Part shown: positions 37,651 through 49,740 of the stretch, one piece after another
How the letters are laid out: each line of letters starts with the position of its first letter
How positions within the stretch are numbered: position 1 is the first letter of the stretch
From: Lama guanicoe
Lineage: Eukaryota
Reading direction: 5' to 3'
DNA length: 64,000 nucleotides
Assembly (NCBI GenBank): GCA_013239625.1
Contig: MU053376.1
Location: forward strand, 272,833-336,832
Translations under genes and position numbers: made by a program
The notes under the pieces: model-generated
Databases searched by the model: none
What the model was told of the DNA's origin: nothing
Seen by the model: the letters and a program-made list of their open reading frames with translations, nothing else

Positions 37651-38336
37651 AACTACGCCCATTTCCTCAATTACAGATGAAGGAGCAGGAGTCTGGGGTG
37701 ATAATACCTTGTCAAAGGTGACAAAGGCCGCAGGGAGCAGGCGCAGAGCTGGAGCCAGCTCATCAGGCTGCAGGGACGGGCTCGGTGCTCAGCAGGGCTG
37801 GCTGGAAGAACGAATGAGCACCACGGGGGACCGGGCAGGATCCTGCTGTGCTCCTCAGTTTCATCCATGATTTGCATAAAGACTCAGAAAACAAGGCTAC
37901 CAGATTTGCTCCTGAGAAGGCCAGGAGGGATGGCTCACACACTTTTGACAGAATCAGGATTCCATGTACTAAAATAATGGCCTAATTTTGAGAAAATGAA
38001 ATGTATCATAAAGATAACACCCTGCATTTAACATTTAAGAGATTCCAGTTGTACGTCTAGTTCAAAGCTTTGAAATACACTCAAGAGCTTATTACTAATA
38101 ACACGGGAAATCTCAAACACAATCTAGATTTTTTGAAAAAATGCATGGAGGTTTATAAAAACCCTATTATTAGCAGTTCAAGAAGCAAACAAGGCTGTGG
38201 GCAGTTAGTGATCAAGTATCCTGGAAATAGTTCTGTCTCTCCCTAGAAGCCTCGTCAATTGGACCGATTTCAGATCTTGGAAAATAGAATTCTCCCCGTC
38301 TCAGCCTCATTCCTACCCCAAGTTGAATAAAGCAGA

Positions 38337-38480
38337 GCAGTACCTCTCAAATTTTAACATGCATATGAGTCTCCTAGGGGATCCTGTTAAATTCAGATTT
38401 CTGATTCTTTAGATCAGGAGTGAAGCCTGAGATTCTGAATTTCTAACAAGCTCCCAGACCCATGAAGAGCAAGGATTTAG
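38337..38480. mobile_element. MER5-type hAT-Charlie element
   Basis: cagtacctctcaaattttaacatgcatatgagtctcctaggggatcctgttaa..cctgagattctgaatttctaacaagctcccag. Confidence 0.75.
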
Positions 38481-38500
38481 AGAGTCTCAAAGGATTACCT

Positions 38501-38610
38501 GGGGTGGCGGGGGTATAGCTCAGTGGCAGAGCACATGCTTAGCACGCATGAGGTCCTGGGTTCAATCCCCAGCACCTCCACAGACAAAAATTTAAAAAAA
38601 AAAGAAAAAG
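38501..38610 (+). mobile_element. Vic-1-type SINE
   Basis: SINE body plus A tail; TSD-like aaggattacctg / aagatttacctg. Confidence 0.92.
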
Positions 38611-39079
38611 AAGATTTACCTGTGAAACCAAGCCCTCTGAATATGCTTGGGGCATCCGTGTTCCTTCCTCTATAGCCTGGGAACTCTGCGAATTGGAGGA
38701 GCTGAATTTGGAGGCTAGGAAAGTCCCCACAGCACTGGCTCAGCTCACTTGATGAGCACGTGCAGCAGATGAACAGAGAAGGATGAAAGAGACCCACACA
38801 GAGAGAAAAGACCCATGGTGGGGCACGGGCAGGGTTTTATTTCAGGCCAGTGTGAGTCAAGGGGTTTTCCAAATAGAACACCAGATGCAGAGTAGCATTA
38901 TTTATAAAAACGACCAGACTGCATCAGTGAGGGATCGCGTGTGTTCGGAACTAACGTGAAGGGATGCTCTGGGCTCCCCTTGACACTGACCTTCCCTCTA
39001 AAGCAGATCACACCCTCTATGTCCGAGAGGGGAGATCTAAACCTAACAGCTGTCCGGGGGGAATAACCAGAGGATTTCA

Positions 39080-39800
39080 GCACAATGAGCACAATGTTTA
39101 GATGGCAGTGACTTGCAAACCGATTCTGACATAATAGAAAGAGATGGTCACGCAGAGGGCATCAGAGTCCCGCTGAATGGACCACATCTGGAATACTGCG
39201 TTCAATTCTAGACAGCTTATGTTAAGAGAAGCTAAAACACTACCATGCATGGAGTGGCTTGTAGTTGCCCGGCCCTGTTCTAAGCCTTTTACACATGCTA
39301 ACTGATTTAGCCCTCTCAGCAACCTGTGAGGTTTGTAAGCCATTTTACAGATGGATGAACTGAGGCTCAGAGGGGTTAAGGATTATAACCAGGGTCACAC
39401 AGCTGACGAGTGTGAAGCCAGGTGCAAACATGGGCAGATGAAACCTGGAGCTTCAATTTTTCCCACTGTGTCATATTGTCTCTTAACCTGGTCTGACTCT
39501 CAAAATGTGACAAACAAGTGAGCTCAGAAAAGAATGTCAGGATGGCCACGAAGCTGAACTCGAACGAAAGGGTGGATGGTAGAAGAAAAGTCTGAGTTCG
39601 ACATCAAGGAACACTATGAGCTGAAGGTGTCCAACAATGCAGAAAGCTGCTGCACAGAGCAGCGCTCCTGGTCACCAGGGGTTCAAGGGGTGCCGGCTGA
39701 TCATGTGTCTGGGGCGCTGGAAAAGGGACTGCTATTTGGGAGGAAGGCTGGACCATCTGAAAGGTGGCTTCCAAGGGTAAGAGTCTAGGTCTTTTCATCT
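39080..39800 (+). mobile_element. Ancient L3/CR1 LINE fragments, with a MIR inserted at about 39240-39480
   Basis: gaccacatctggaatactgcgttcaattct is a CR1/L3 ORF2-type motif; degenerate 3' motifs continue downstream. Confidence 0.55.
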
Positions 39801-40780
39801 GGAAAAACAGGCTCTGACACCTGAGCAGTGTTTATAACGAGCTACCTTTAGCCAGGACTGCCCACAGATTCCGGTGTATGTGATGGAAAGAAAGTGACAG
39901 CTGTGCCCAGACTACAACTTGCCCAGGATGCCTGGAAAATGAGCCGAAGGAAGGACTGTGGGAAATATGCAAATGAACTTCTGCCGATACCTCCCTCTCC
40001 TGACCTGCTATCTCATGAGGTTCTTGTGGGAGCGATAAACTCCTCTAAACTGGCTAAAAGCAGATTGCTCCCTTTCAAAGAGATATTAAAAATATAGGGT
40101 CCTCATAAAAAAAGTATGAAAGAGGTTCAGAGCTTCCTCACCCAAATGATACTATGGGCCAGCACCTTATCTACATAATCTGTGTACCCCAGAAGTCAGT
40201 GACAAAGCCACATCTCCAAGGAGAAAGGCAGAGAAGGATGGACAACGTATGATCAAAGATCCACCCTGCAAATCCTTTGGCCAGTAACTGGCTCTGAAAC
40301 AGAAGGTCGGGAAATCATCTGAAATCTCGACCCACAACAGGACTTGGACTGAGAGCAGGTTCACATCTTACTCTCTTGCGTGTTGCCCCACCCCAAGCAC
40401 GACGCCCAGGGAAGGTGGGGGGAGGGATGTGTCAGGCACCAACTATTTCAAGGCACTATGCTAATTACTACGAGGAGATACCAATTTTTCAGAAAGACAT
40501 ATGTGAAAGAAAATGTTTCAGAGCAACTTCTATTTACAGTGGGCTGTTTCAGCCAATGAAAGGACACTTTAAAAAATATAACTGAATAAGTCTAAGTGTC
40601 GATGGTGACTTGGCCGTGGTTCCGACATCAGCAGATCTGGAAGATGCTGCATCTGATGGGACATTTTCCATTTAGACTCAAGAAAGTCCTTTCTGGGGTC
40701 TAGACACTCTCGAAGTCTCTGAGCCCTTCCACTCTGCCCTCAGAACAGCTGACCAGAGGCAGCCCATCAAAAGGCATCCG

Positions 40781-40931
40781 AGGGGAGGGTGTAGCTCAAG
40801 TGGCAGAGCACATGCTTAGCATGCACGAGGTCCTGGGTTCGATCCCCAGTACCTCCTCTTAATAATAACTAAGTAAATAAATAAATAAATCTAATTACCT
40901 TCCATCCCAAAAAAACATATATTAAAAAAGA
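40781..40931 (+). mobile_element. Vic-1-type SINE with a perfect 12-bp TSD
   Basis: TSD aaaaggcatccg at 40769-40780 and 40932-40943. Confidence 0.95.
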
Positions 40932-41454
40932 AAAAGGCATCCGTGTCTGGCCCTGTCCATGCCGACCCCAGCTTCCATTTTCAGAGCCTCGGCCCCCTTC
41001 CCTTTACGGCTTCCCTCCACAGAGAACCCTCGCAACACTCCCCATCTCCACCGTGCTGCTCCTCCAGAGGCCTCGGTTTCTTTTCTCCCTCGTCTTCTTG
41101 CTTTCTTCACATAGGGGATCTGTGGGATCTCCGTCTTTCTCCCCCTCAGAGCCCATGTGCACGCTGCCTTGGGTACAACCCTACCCAGAGCACAAGTCCG
41201 AGACAGCTGGTGGCTGTGGCTGGTTTGACAAGCATCACCCCGAACGGGATGGCAGGATCAACCATCACACCTCCTGTTCCCTCTCCTCCCACCCTATGCT
41301 CTGCTCCCTGCACCTGTGGCAGGCGCCCCACACCCACAAAAGCCCCTGGAGCAAACCCTCCTTTCTCTGCTGAGTCACTCGACCTTAACAGTGGGATCAG
41401 AGACACTGGGGAATGTTAGCTCACCCGACGTCCCTTGTCTCCCTCCACACTCAC

Positions 41455-41492
41455 ATCCACACACACACACATACACACACACACACACACAC
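41455..41492. repeat. (CA)n microsatellite
   Basis: cacacacacacacatacacacacacacacacac. Confidence 0.9.
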
Positions 41493-44469
41493 TCGCACAG
41501 GGGAAGTGACTACAGTGATGGGGATGCTGGGAGAAGAGCAGTGGCAAATGGGAGCGGAGCACAGGGGAAAGAGGAAAATCAGTTAAGCCTGCCCCGCCGG
41601 CTGCCACCAGAGGGTTAAGCTGGTTTCAATGAGGACATTGGTTTCTGGATTCAGAGGAGGCCTGAGCTGCAAAAGGAGGCTATGGCTCCTGGAGGAGCTG
41701 CTGCCTGGCTAAACACCCAACTCCTCCAGCACGATGTGGGCCCAGGGAGCTGTAAGGACCGGCAGGCACTGCATATGCTCTCCGATTCTCCCTGCAGCTC
41801 AGCTCTGCCTCCAAGCCTTCGCCCCAGCGTCTCTGTGACTTTTTCTACAGGTCTGAGGGCCCCCTTGATTAAACCAAGCGCAGCTGACGGCCCCTTCCTA
41901 CATGCACGTGAACCTGCACGTAACACACACACACACCCTCACATCTGCCACCTGCCTCTCCCAGGACACAGGGTCTGGGCACCTGGGGAGAGGCCAGTGG
42001 TTCAGCCCTCAGAGGTGGAAAATGAGGCGTGACTGTTGGGGGTGTCGTGACAAAGTGGAGGTAAATAAATAATCACATCCTCCCCCATCTCCCCCCACCC
42101 CCATTATCTCCCTGGCTAATATGCAAACATTCAAACTTGGGTCACACGAGGGGCAGAAAACATGGGAACATCCATAAATCTCAATCCTTATCCCTCCCCA
42201 CCTCTCAATGTGGGCCTGAGGGAGCGGCCTGCCATCTCAGAAACAGATTCTTCATGAGTAAAAGTGGGTAATCAAGTCACCCTGGACAAGCCAGAGGGAA
42301 GACAGCACAGAGCAGAACGGGCACACGCAGAATGCATGGATGCAGAGATAAGGGGTCCCCACGAGACAGATGTTCATCCAACTCCCGTGTGAATCGGTTC
42401 ATCCTCCTATGATCTTAAGACATCGATTCTCCTCATTGGAAACTGACCATCTCCCAGCCTCTAGTCACCCAGCCTCAGACAGGAACGCCACCCTGACTCG
42501 AGTCCCAGCAGAATTCCTAGTCCCACACCCACCGCCCAGGCCCGATGTTTTTCAAAGGCAGCGGCCTGGCGGAGAAGGGTTGGGTTGGTTGATGCTCATG
42601 TGGGTGGGGGCCGAGTCAGTTAGCAAGAGGCCTAGAGAGACCAGGATCCAGGCTTGAAGCTGGCCCTCCCCTCCCACGGCCTCAGTGCCCCCACTGCTCC
42701 CCGGGCCTCCCCTCAGTCTGGGCAGGAAGGGCCGCATAGACGGTGGGTGCAGAGAACACACCCAAACAACGGAAAGTGGCCGCCTCAGCTCTGGGCGCCC
42801 TGCTCACAGTCTTCTGTTTGCAAAGGGCAAAGTCCACGTGGCGAGGGAAGGACTGGCGGCCCCAGGCCTGGAGGACCGGATGCTGAGAGACTGGAAAACA
42901 GGCACATTCTCACAGCATGGCTCAAAGTGGAACTGAGCGCTGTGATCACCTCCGTGTTCTCTGCTTCTTGCTCCCGGCCTGACCTGGAATCTGTCACAAG
43001 CCTTCACAGGGGCAGTGCTCCGCCTGGGCCCAGCCCTGCGGAGCTGGGCTCCCCCTGCGGAACCTACTCCTCACAGTCAAGGCCACACCTGCCCCGCCTC
43101 CTGCTATCACTTCCGTCATTGTCATCGCCCTGGAGATAGACAATTAAAAACTGGCTTCTCTCAGGACGGGTTCAGGCTTCCCTGTCAGAAAACTCCCAGG
43201 AGCCTGGGGCGTGTAGGCAGCCCCAAGACCCCGCCACAGGCTCAGCGCATGTGGGAAGGCGGGCAGGGCGAAGGCTTCAGCTCAGACAGGACCACCCCTC
43301 TGCTCCCTCACAGACCCGGAGGGAGCAGCCAGGCCGCTCAGGCCCAGCCCGGCGCTTCACAGCATCCTCTGCACCCAGCCTCCCGGCCCCTGCCCCAGCG
43401 GACAAGAGGGGCCCCGGCCTGGGCCCCTCTCCAGGACCTGATTCTCAGAGGCCCAGAACACATCCACTGGGATCTTTACAGCCTGGTTTCTCTGTCTGTA
43501 AGAAGAATCCTCCACTTCCTCTTGTAGCAAGAATGAAAATGAGCGAGAGATTCCGTACACTCGGCACACCATGAACTTGAGCAAGACAGACCGCCTCCCC
43601 AACCAAGCCCTGGCTCCGTGACCCTGGGCCAGTCACGTGACCTCCAAGCCCCAGCGACCTTCCAGACTATAGTTGTGAGGACCCACCCAGATGACCTCGC
43701 CCGTGGAAGGCCTCAGGAGGAGCCCAAGGCCCTGCACAGCCCTGAGGAGCTTGGGTAGAATTCCCCCTCAGTGTGTCTCAGACTGAAGACAGCGACCCAC
43801 AGGTGGGTATGAAATCACGCCGAAGGGTCGAGATACCTGTTTTGTTTTTTTTTTAAAGACCAGATTAGATTCCAATATAACATGAACCGTGCACCACACA
43901 CACTAAGGGTATCGCACACGCCTTTGCTGGATTGTGATAAAAAAATGTCTTTCTACTGGTTGCAAAGATTTCAATTAGGTCCTACTTTGAAAACTTTCTT
44001 GCAGGTGCCCACCTGTATAAACTTGCTTCCTGCCCTCAGCAGACTGGGATGGGAAACTTGAGGCTGAGAGCCACATCTCTGGGTTCCCAAGAATTCCAAC
44101 CCTCCCACCCCCTTCCCGCACCACTGAGCTGGGCTTGGACCAGGGTAGGCCTCCAAGACAAACTGTTCACTGGCTGGAAAGCATCCACTGAATAGAAAAT
44201 CAGCGTGGAAGGTGAGGAGGAGACGCAGGCACTGTCCCAACAATGTCCCTGGAGGGCCATATTAGTACCTCCGTTTTACAGATGAGGAAACTAGAGTTCA
44301 AAGAGGTTAAGTCGTCTGGGGGTAGGGCGACCAGGGTGGGCACCCAGGTTGGAACAGTCCATGGCTCCCTCTCCGGACCTTCCTGCCTTTGTCACTGCCG
44401 GGGAGAGCCCCTGCACCGCCCTATCAAATCTTCCAAACAGTGCATTGTCCAAGACGACTCACGCCACAG

Positions 44470-44470
<1 letters not shown>

Positions 44471-44505
<35 letters not shown>
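44471..44505. repeat. (CA)n microsatellite
   Basis: Uninterrupted (AC)n run of about 35 bp. Confidence 0.95.
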
Positions 44506-44507
<2 letters not shown>

Positions 44508-44703
44508 CGAGGAAATAACACAACATCCTTTCCTACCTGCCTTTCTCTGGTTTTCCCAGTCCCTTGAGGGAGAGAGGACAGAGCTATGCTGGGGGCATCT
44601 GGGATTTGTCTTCCTCTTGGTTCCACCCTTGTCCTTCTCTGCCTCTTTTAAGGCTGATTTCCCCCCCAGCTCACCACCCCCCTCCCCCACTACCAGCTAA
44701 CTG

Positions 44704-44749
44704 GTTACCCGGGCAACCCAGCTGGGAGGCTGCCAGTTACCACGGCAAC
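44704..44749. promoter_or_regulatory. Two tandem RFX X-box motifs
   Basis: GTTACCCGGGCAAC (44704-44717) and GTTACCACGGCAAC (44736-44749); both fit GTTRCC-N2-GGYAAC. Confidence 0.6.
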
Positions 44750-45477
44750 CCAGCATGGCCGCCAGGCTGCCTTGCTTAGGAAGGTCAGGGGACCAGCCGG
44801 GCGACAGAGCCACGAGGATGTTGCCAGCAGGACTGGCCCAGGCCGGGGCCTACATGCCTCAGGGAATTAAGTTCCTGCTGTCAGAGGGCTACCTCTGAGT
44901 TTCCCATGAGGCAGGCTTCCCCAGCTTGGGGCAGGAGCCACAGCCAACCTCCTCAGTTCTGTCACTCAAGCCTGGTCCCTCCAACCTTCCCAACAGAATC
45001 CTGGTCACCTCACCTCGAGGAAGGTTTCTGAGAATGGGCAGCAACCGGCTGTCACCCAGCCCAACCCTGGGCCCTCCCCACCCTCCTCCCTTTCTGAGCA
45101 CATCTGGGAGTCAGCATGCACACATGTGAGTGTCTGCGTGGAGATACAGCCTCTCCATGAAATCTGTTGGTAGCGATCACAAGCAGCTATGCTTTTCTAG
45201 TACTTACTATGTGCCATGTGTGTTTTAGGTACCTTGCCTGAAGTGTCTCCGCTGATCCGCACAACAAACTCTGTAGACATAGCAGCTGAGACTCAGAGAA
45301 GTTAAGGAACCTGTTCTAGGTCACACAGGCATTAACTCGCAAAGCTAAAATGAAGTGTGCAGCAGCTTCTGAAGTTCCGTGAGCTCCTGGCTAGCACGCC
45401 CCTCCTTGACCAACCAAGCACTGGTTTGGCTTCAAGAAAACATTTTTAACATTTTTTAAAAGACTATCATGGGGTCA

Positions 45478-45560
45478 GGGGGTGGATATAGCTCATTTGT
45501 AGAGCGAATGCTTAGCGTGCACGGTCCTGGGTTCAATCCCCAGTACCTGCATTTAAAAAC
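45478..45560 (+). mobile_element. Vic-1-type SINE with a short tail
   Basis: ggatatagctcatttgtagagcgaatgcttagcgtgcacggtcctgggttcaatccccagtacc. Confidence 0.88.
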
Positions 45561-48269
45561 AAGGATTATTGGGCACCAGATGTTTTATTTATATTATTCT
45601 ATTTCATTTCATCCTTACCTCCGTGAAAGAGGCTTTAGTCTCCTCACACAATAGCTTAGGAAACTGAGACCCAAGGAAGTTATGCGATTTTCCCAGATGA
45701 GACCCAGTTTCAGGTCCTTCCTTGGGAATCCTTCCCTGACTCTCCCGGGAGAGTCTATCACGCTGTCTTGGCCACCAACAAATGCAACATATGTCTCTAT
45801 CCTATATAGGACAATCGTTTGCTCACACGTCTGCTCCCTCACCAGACTGTGAATTTAAAAATTCATTTTTGCAACCCTGTACCTGGTACATACTGCACGT
45901 ATGGTAAACGTTTGCCAGAAGAAAGCAGAGGGACCAGGATTCCAAGTCCTATTTCACCTGACTCTCAATTCCAGGCTCTCTCTGCCACACTGCCCTGTGT
46001 CACTCACTCACTCAGTCAGTCGAAAAGCAGTCATCAAACAGCTGCCACGTGCCTGGCCCTGTGTGGAACATCACAAAGACAAAAACAAACACGACTCTCT
46101 CCTGCCTTGAAGCAGCCCAGTCCAGTAGAGTGGGACACAAGGCTGAGGAGGGCAGGAAATAAATGTCCCCTGCCACTGCCATCAAAGCCTTTCTCATGAC
46201 TGTTCCTCCACGCCTGTTCCTTGGGCCAAACGTTCCAGTGCAAGTCTTCGTATATGCAACCAGCATTCACTGAGCACAGCTATGTGCTAGTGCCTTCCTC
46301 TCACCACGGTCTAGGGGACAGTGAACGGGACAGGAAGACAGTGGAACCAGGAATTACCAGACAGTGTGAGAAGTGGCTGATAGGTACAGGGGCCCAGGAA
46401 CTAGTGTCCAGGGACACTGGGACCACCTGTCTAGTTCTCAAGAACTCTCCCATTTGACACGAGAGAGCAATTTCATGTTGCATTCACACCCACTTCCAGC
46501 ATTAAGTCATTTGAACCTCAGTGATGCAGGCAGGGCAGAAATTATTGCTCCCATTTTAGAGATGAGGAAACAGGCTCAGAAGGAGAAGGGCACTGAATTA
46601 GAAGGAAGGAACCTGTGTTCTAGATCTCACTTGTGGTTGCAAAAAGTCTAACTATGCCTCCATCGGCACGCTCCCACCTCCATCCCCCCTCGCCAAGAGC
46701 AGCTTTTCCTTCCCTTCTATGACCTCTTCAGGTCTCCAGCTAGGCAGCCGTACTTTCAGGCAAGGCAAGCGGGCTGACCTACAGTGTCTGGACAGCCCAC
46801 TGACGCTAATGAGGACCCAGGAACCAAGCAAAATCAGAAAAATGACCTCACCACCAGCGGCCAAGTTGAATTTAACAAGCTAATTGCCAGCATTAGGCTA
46901 ATTAAAAGCAAATTGGCACCTGCAATTATAGACTCTGGTTCTCAGGTAATAACAAGCCAGACTGGGAGGACGTGGTGATGTCAGAGCTAAGGCGGGAACT
47001 CGCCTCCCCTAAGGAGGGGGTCCACGGCCCTGCGGAAGTAATCCGTACATGTTTATCAGATCAGCGCTGACTCGCCAGCCCCAATTCCTGAATTCACACA
47101 ATAGGAACCAACCCTTTACAGACACTAACTGACCTGGGAGGATTTGACGGTCGCCCTGGACACCATCTGCCCTAACCATATTTCCTACGGACCCCCTTGG
47201 CACCTGTCTGGCCTTTCAGTTAAAGCGTTGCCTTCAGATATACATTGTTTAAATATCCCTGTCTATTATAACCGACATTTGTGTAATTACTTGTAGTTTA
47301 CAAATTACTTTCATAAATAGTACTCATCTAGCTATCAGCTAGCTAAGTGGGCGGTGATGCTAACCCCATTTTTCAGACCAGGAAACAACAGCTCACAGAG
47401 ATTAAGCAACTTGCTACAAATCACACAGCTGCTAATTTGGACCAGGATTTGAATCCTCATCTTCAAACTCCAGATGGGTATTCTTTCTACATCCCGGCAG
47501 ACTGGGCACCAACTCTCTCTTATTAACCCATGGAGCAGAATTAGTTTATCAGATTAGTTGGTGCTACTTTGGAAAATGCAAAGAGGGCTCAAAAGAATGG
47601 GGAACACTCTGGTAGGTCTGACAAGGAGGGGTCAAGAAAGGATGCACGCGTGGCAGTGTGTGTGGGTTGGGCAAGGGGACTGGGCGGTGGGAGAAAGGGA
47701 CTCCAGGGGAGAGTCCTGTTAGCCAGAAGACACTAGAGGAGCCGAATTCTCTTGTCCAGCGCCAGAAGTGTGACCTTCCAGGGAACTATTCTGGGAATGG
47801 GGAGTGGCTACCTCACCAAGAGACCAAACCCGGTGTGAGGCACCAGGAGAGCGTGAGGAAGGGAGCAGGGAGTGGGGGCCACTGGAGGAAGAGGGGCCTC
47901 AAACAAGGAGACTTGGGGGATTTGGAGAAAGGGAAATCTTGTTACCGGCTTCAGATATCTGTGTTTCTCATGCAAATCAACAACAGTAAGATAATAATAC
48001 CGAACACATTTATCACTCTGCTCAGCATGATTCTACGTGCTTCATGTATACATATGTGATCTCATTTACCTTCACAGGAAGTCTATGAGATAAAGTCACA
48101 TTATTATCTTCATTTTAAGGATGGAGAAACTAAGGCACAGGGAGATTAAGTCACGGTCAAGTTCATATACCTGGTGAGTGGCAGAGCCCAGATTCAACCT
48201 GAGTTTGGTCCTATAACTGCAATATTGACAATTGCACTAAACTGTCTTTTAAGAAAAGTCAGAGACTCA

Positions 48270-48371
48270 GGGGTGAGGGTGCTTAGCTCACTGGTTAGAG
48301 CCCGTGCTTGGCACGGATGAGGTCCTGGGTTCAACCTCCAGTATCTCCACTAAAGAAAAGACAATTTTTTT
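48270..48371 (+). mobile_element. Vic-1-type SINE, diverged
   Basis: TSD aagtcagagactca (48256-48269) / aagccagagactca (48372-48385). Confidence 0.88.
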
Positions 48372-48440
48372 AAGCCAGAGACTCAAACAAATGACAACAG
48401 TTTCGTACTTTAAAACCTCTTTTTAAAATTTTAAATCTCA

Positions 48441-48852
48441 ATGCTCCTGGAGAATGTCATTCTAAGTGAAGTAAGCCAGAAAGAGAAAGAAAAATACCAT
48501 ATGAGATCGCTCATATGTGAAATCTAAAAAACAAACAAACAAACAAACAAAGCATAAATACAGAACAGAAATAGACTCATAGACACAGAATACAGACTTG
48601 TGGTTGCCAAGGGGGTGGGGGGTGGAAAGAGACAGACTGGGATTTCAAAATTGTAGAACAGATAAACAAGATTATACTATATAGCACAGGGAAATATATA
48701 CAAGATCTTATGGTAGCTCACAGAGAAAGGAATGTGACAATGAATATATGCATGTTCATGTATAATTGAAAAATTGTGCTCTACACTGGAATTTGACACA
48801 ACATTGTAAAATGATTATAAATCAATAAAAAATATTACAAAATAAAATAAAA
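48441..48852 (+). mobile_element. Young camelid-type L1 3' end
   Basis: cctggagaatgtcattctaagtgaagtaagccagaaagagaaagaaaaataccatatgagatcgctc... TSD taaaattttaaatctca (48424-48440) / taaaattttacatctca (48853-48869). Confidence 0.92.
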
Positions 48853-48869
48853 TAAAATTTTACATCTCA

Positions 48870-49740
48870 CTACTAATCAAACAGATTAAAACAATGAAGA
48901 AACAATGAATTAAAACAATGAGAAAAGTTATAGTACTCATTGCCAATGCTCATGCAACAAAATGCATTTTTATACACAGCTGCTGGGAATGTAAATTAGT
49001 ACTTCTAACAAGGAATTTGGCAAAATATATCAAAATAGTTAAAAACAGAGGAATTTCACTTCTCGAAATATAACCTAAGGAAAAGCATGATTGACATGTG
49101 TAAAGGTTCAGATGTTTATATGTTCACTGTAGCATTGTTTATAAAAGTGAAAAATTGAAACACACAGTTTAACATAGGGGCCAGTTAAAGAAACAGAATA
49201 GGTATATAATGAAATACTAGGCAGTTGCTTTAAAATAATGTTGTAAAAGAATAGTTAATGACATGGAAAACGTTATTTAAGTAACAAAACTATATACTTG
49301 ATCCAAAATTTTAACAGTATATATGTGTATTTTGATAATAAATATAGTCATATGCCTGTGCATGAATTCATAAAGACATATATACACCAAAATGTTAAAA
49401 TTATATACTAAATCTCTGAGAGAGTTACACGTAATTTTAATCTTTTCTTCATGGGTTTTTCTACATTTTTAATGACTATGTATTCCTTTGACCCTCACAG
49501 AATAGTAATTTTTTAAATGTATACCCTCCACCACATTAATTCTATGCTTTAGGATTTATCCTAAGAAAATAATCCAAAATATAGGAAAAGCCTCATGCAC
49601 AAAAATGATCATGCTGTGTTATTTGTAAAAGGAAAATTAGGGTACCCACCTAAATGTCCAGTACAAAGACGGCTACATAAAATACCGTATGTCCAAATGC
49701 TGACTATTACACACTATTTTAATGTGAAGAAAACCGTCTT
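48870..49740 (+). mobile_element. Old L1M(E) fragments
   Basis: AT-rich; gctgggaatgtaaattagtac, atttggcaaaatatatcaaaat and ggatttatcctaagaaaataatc motifs. Confidence 0.65.
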
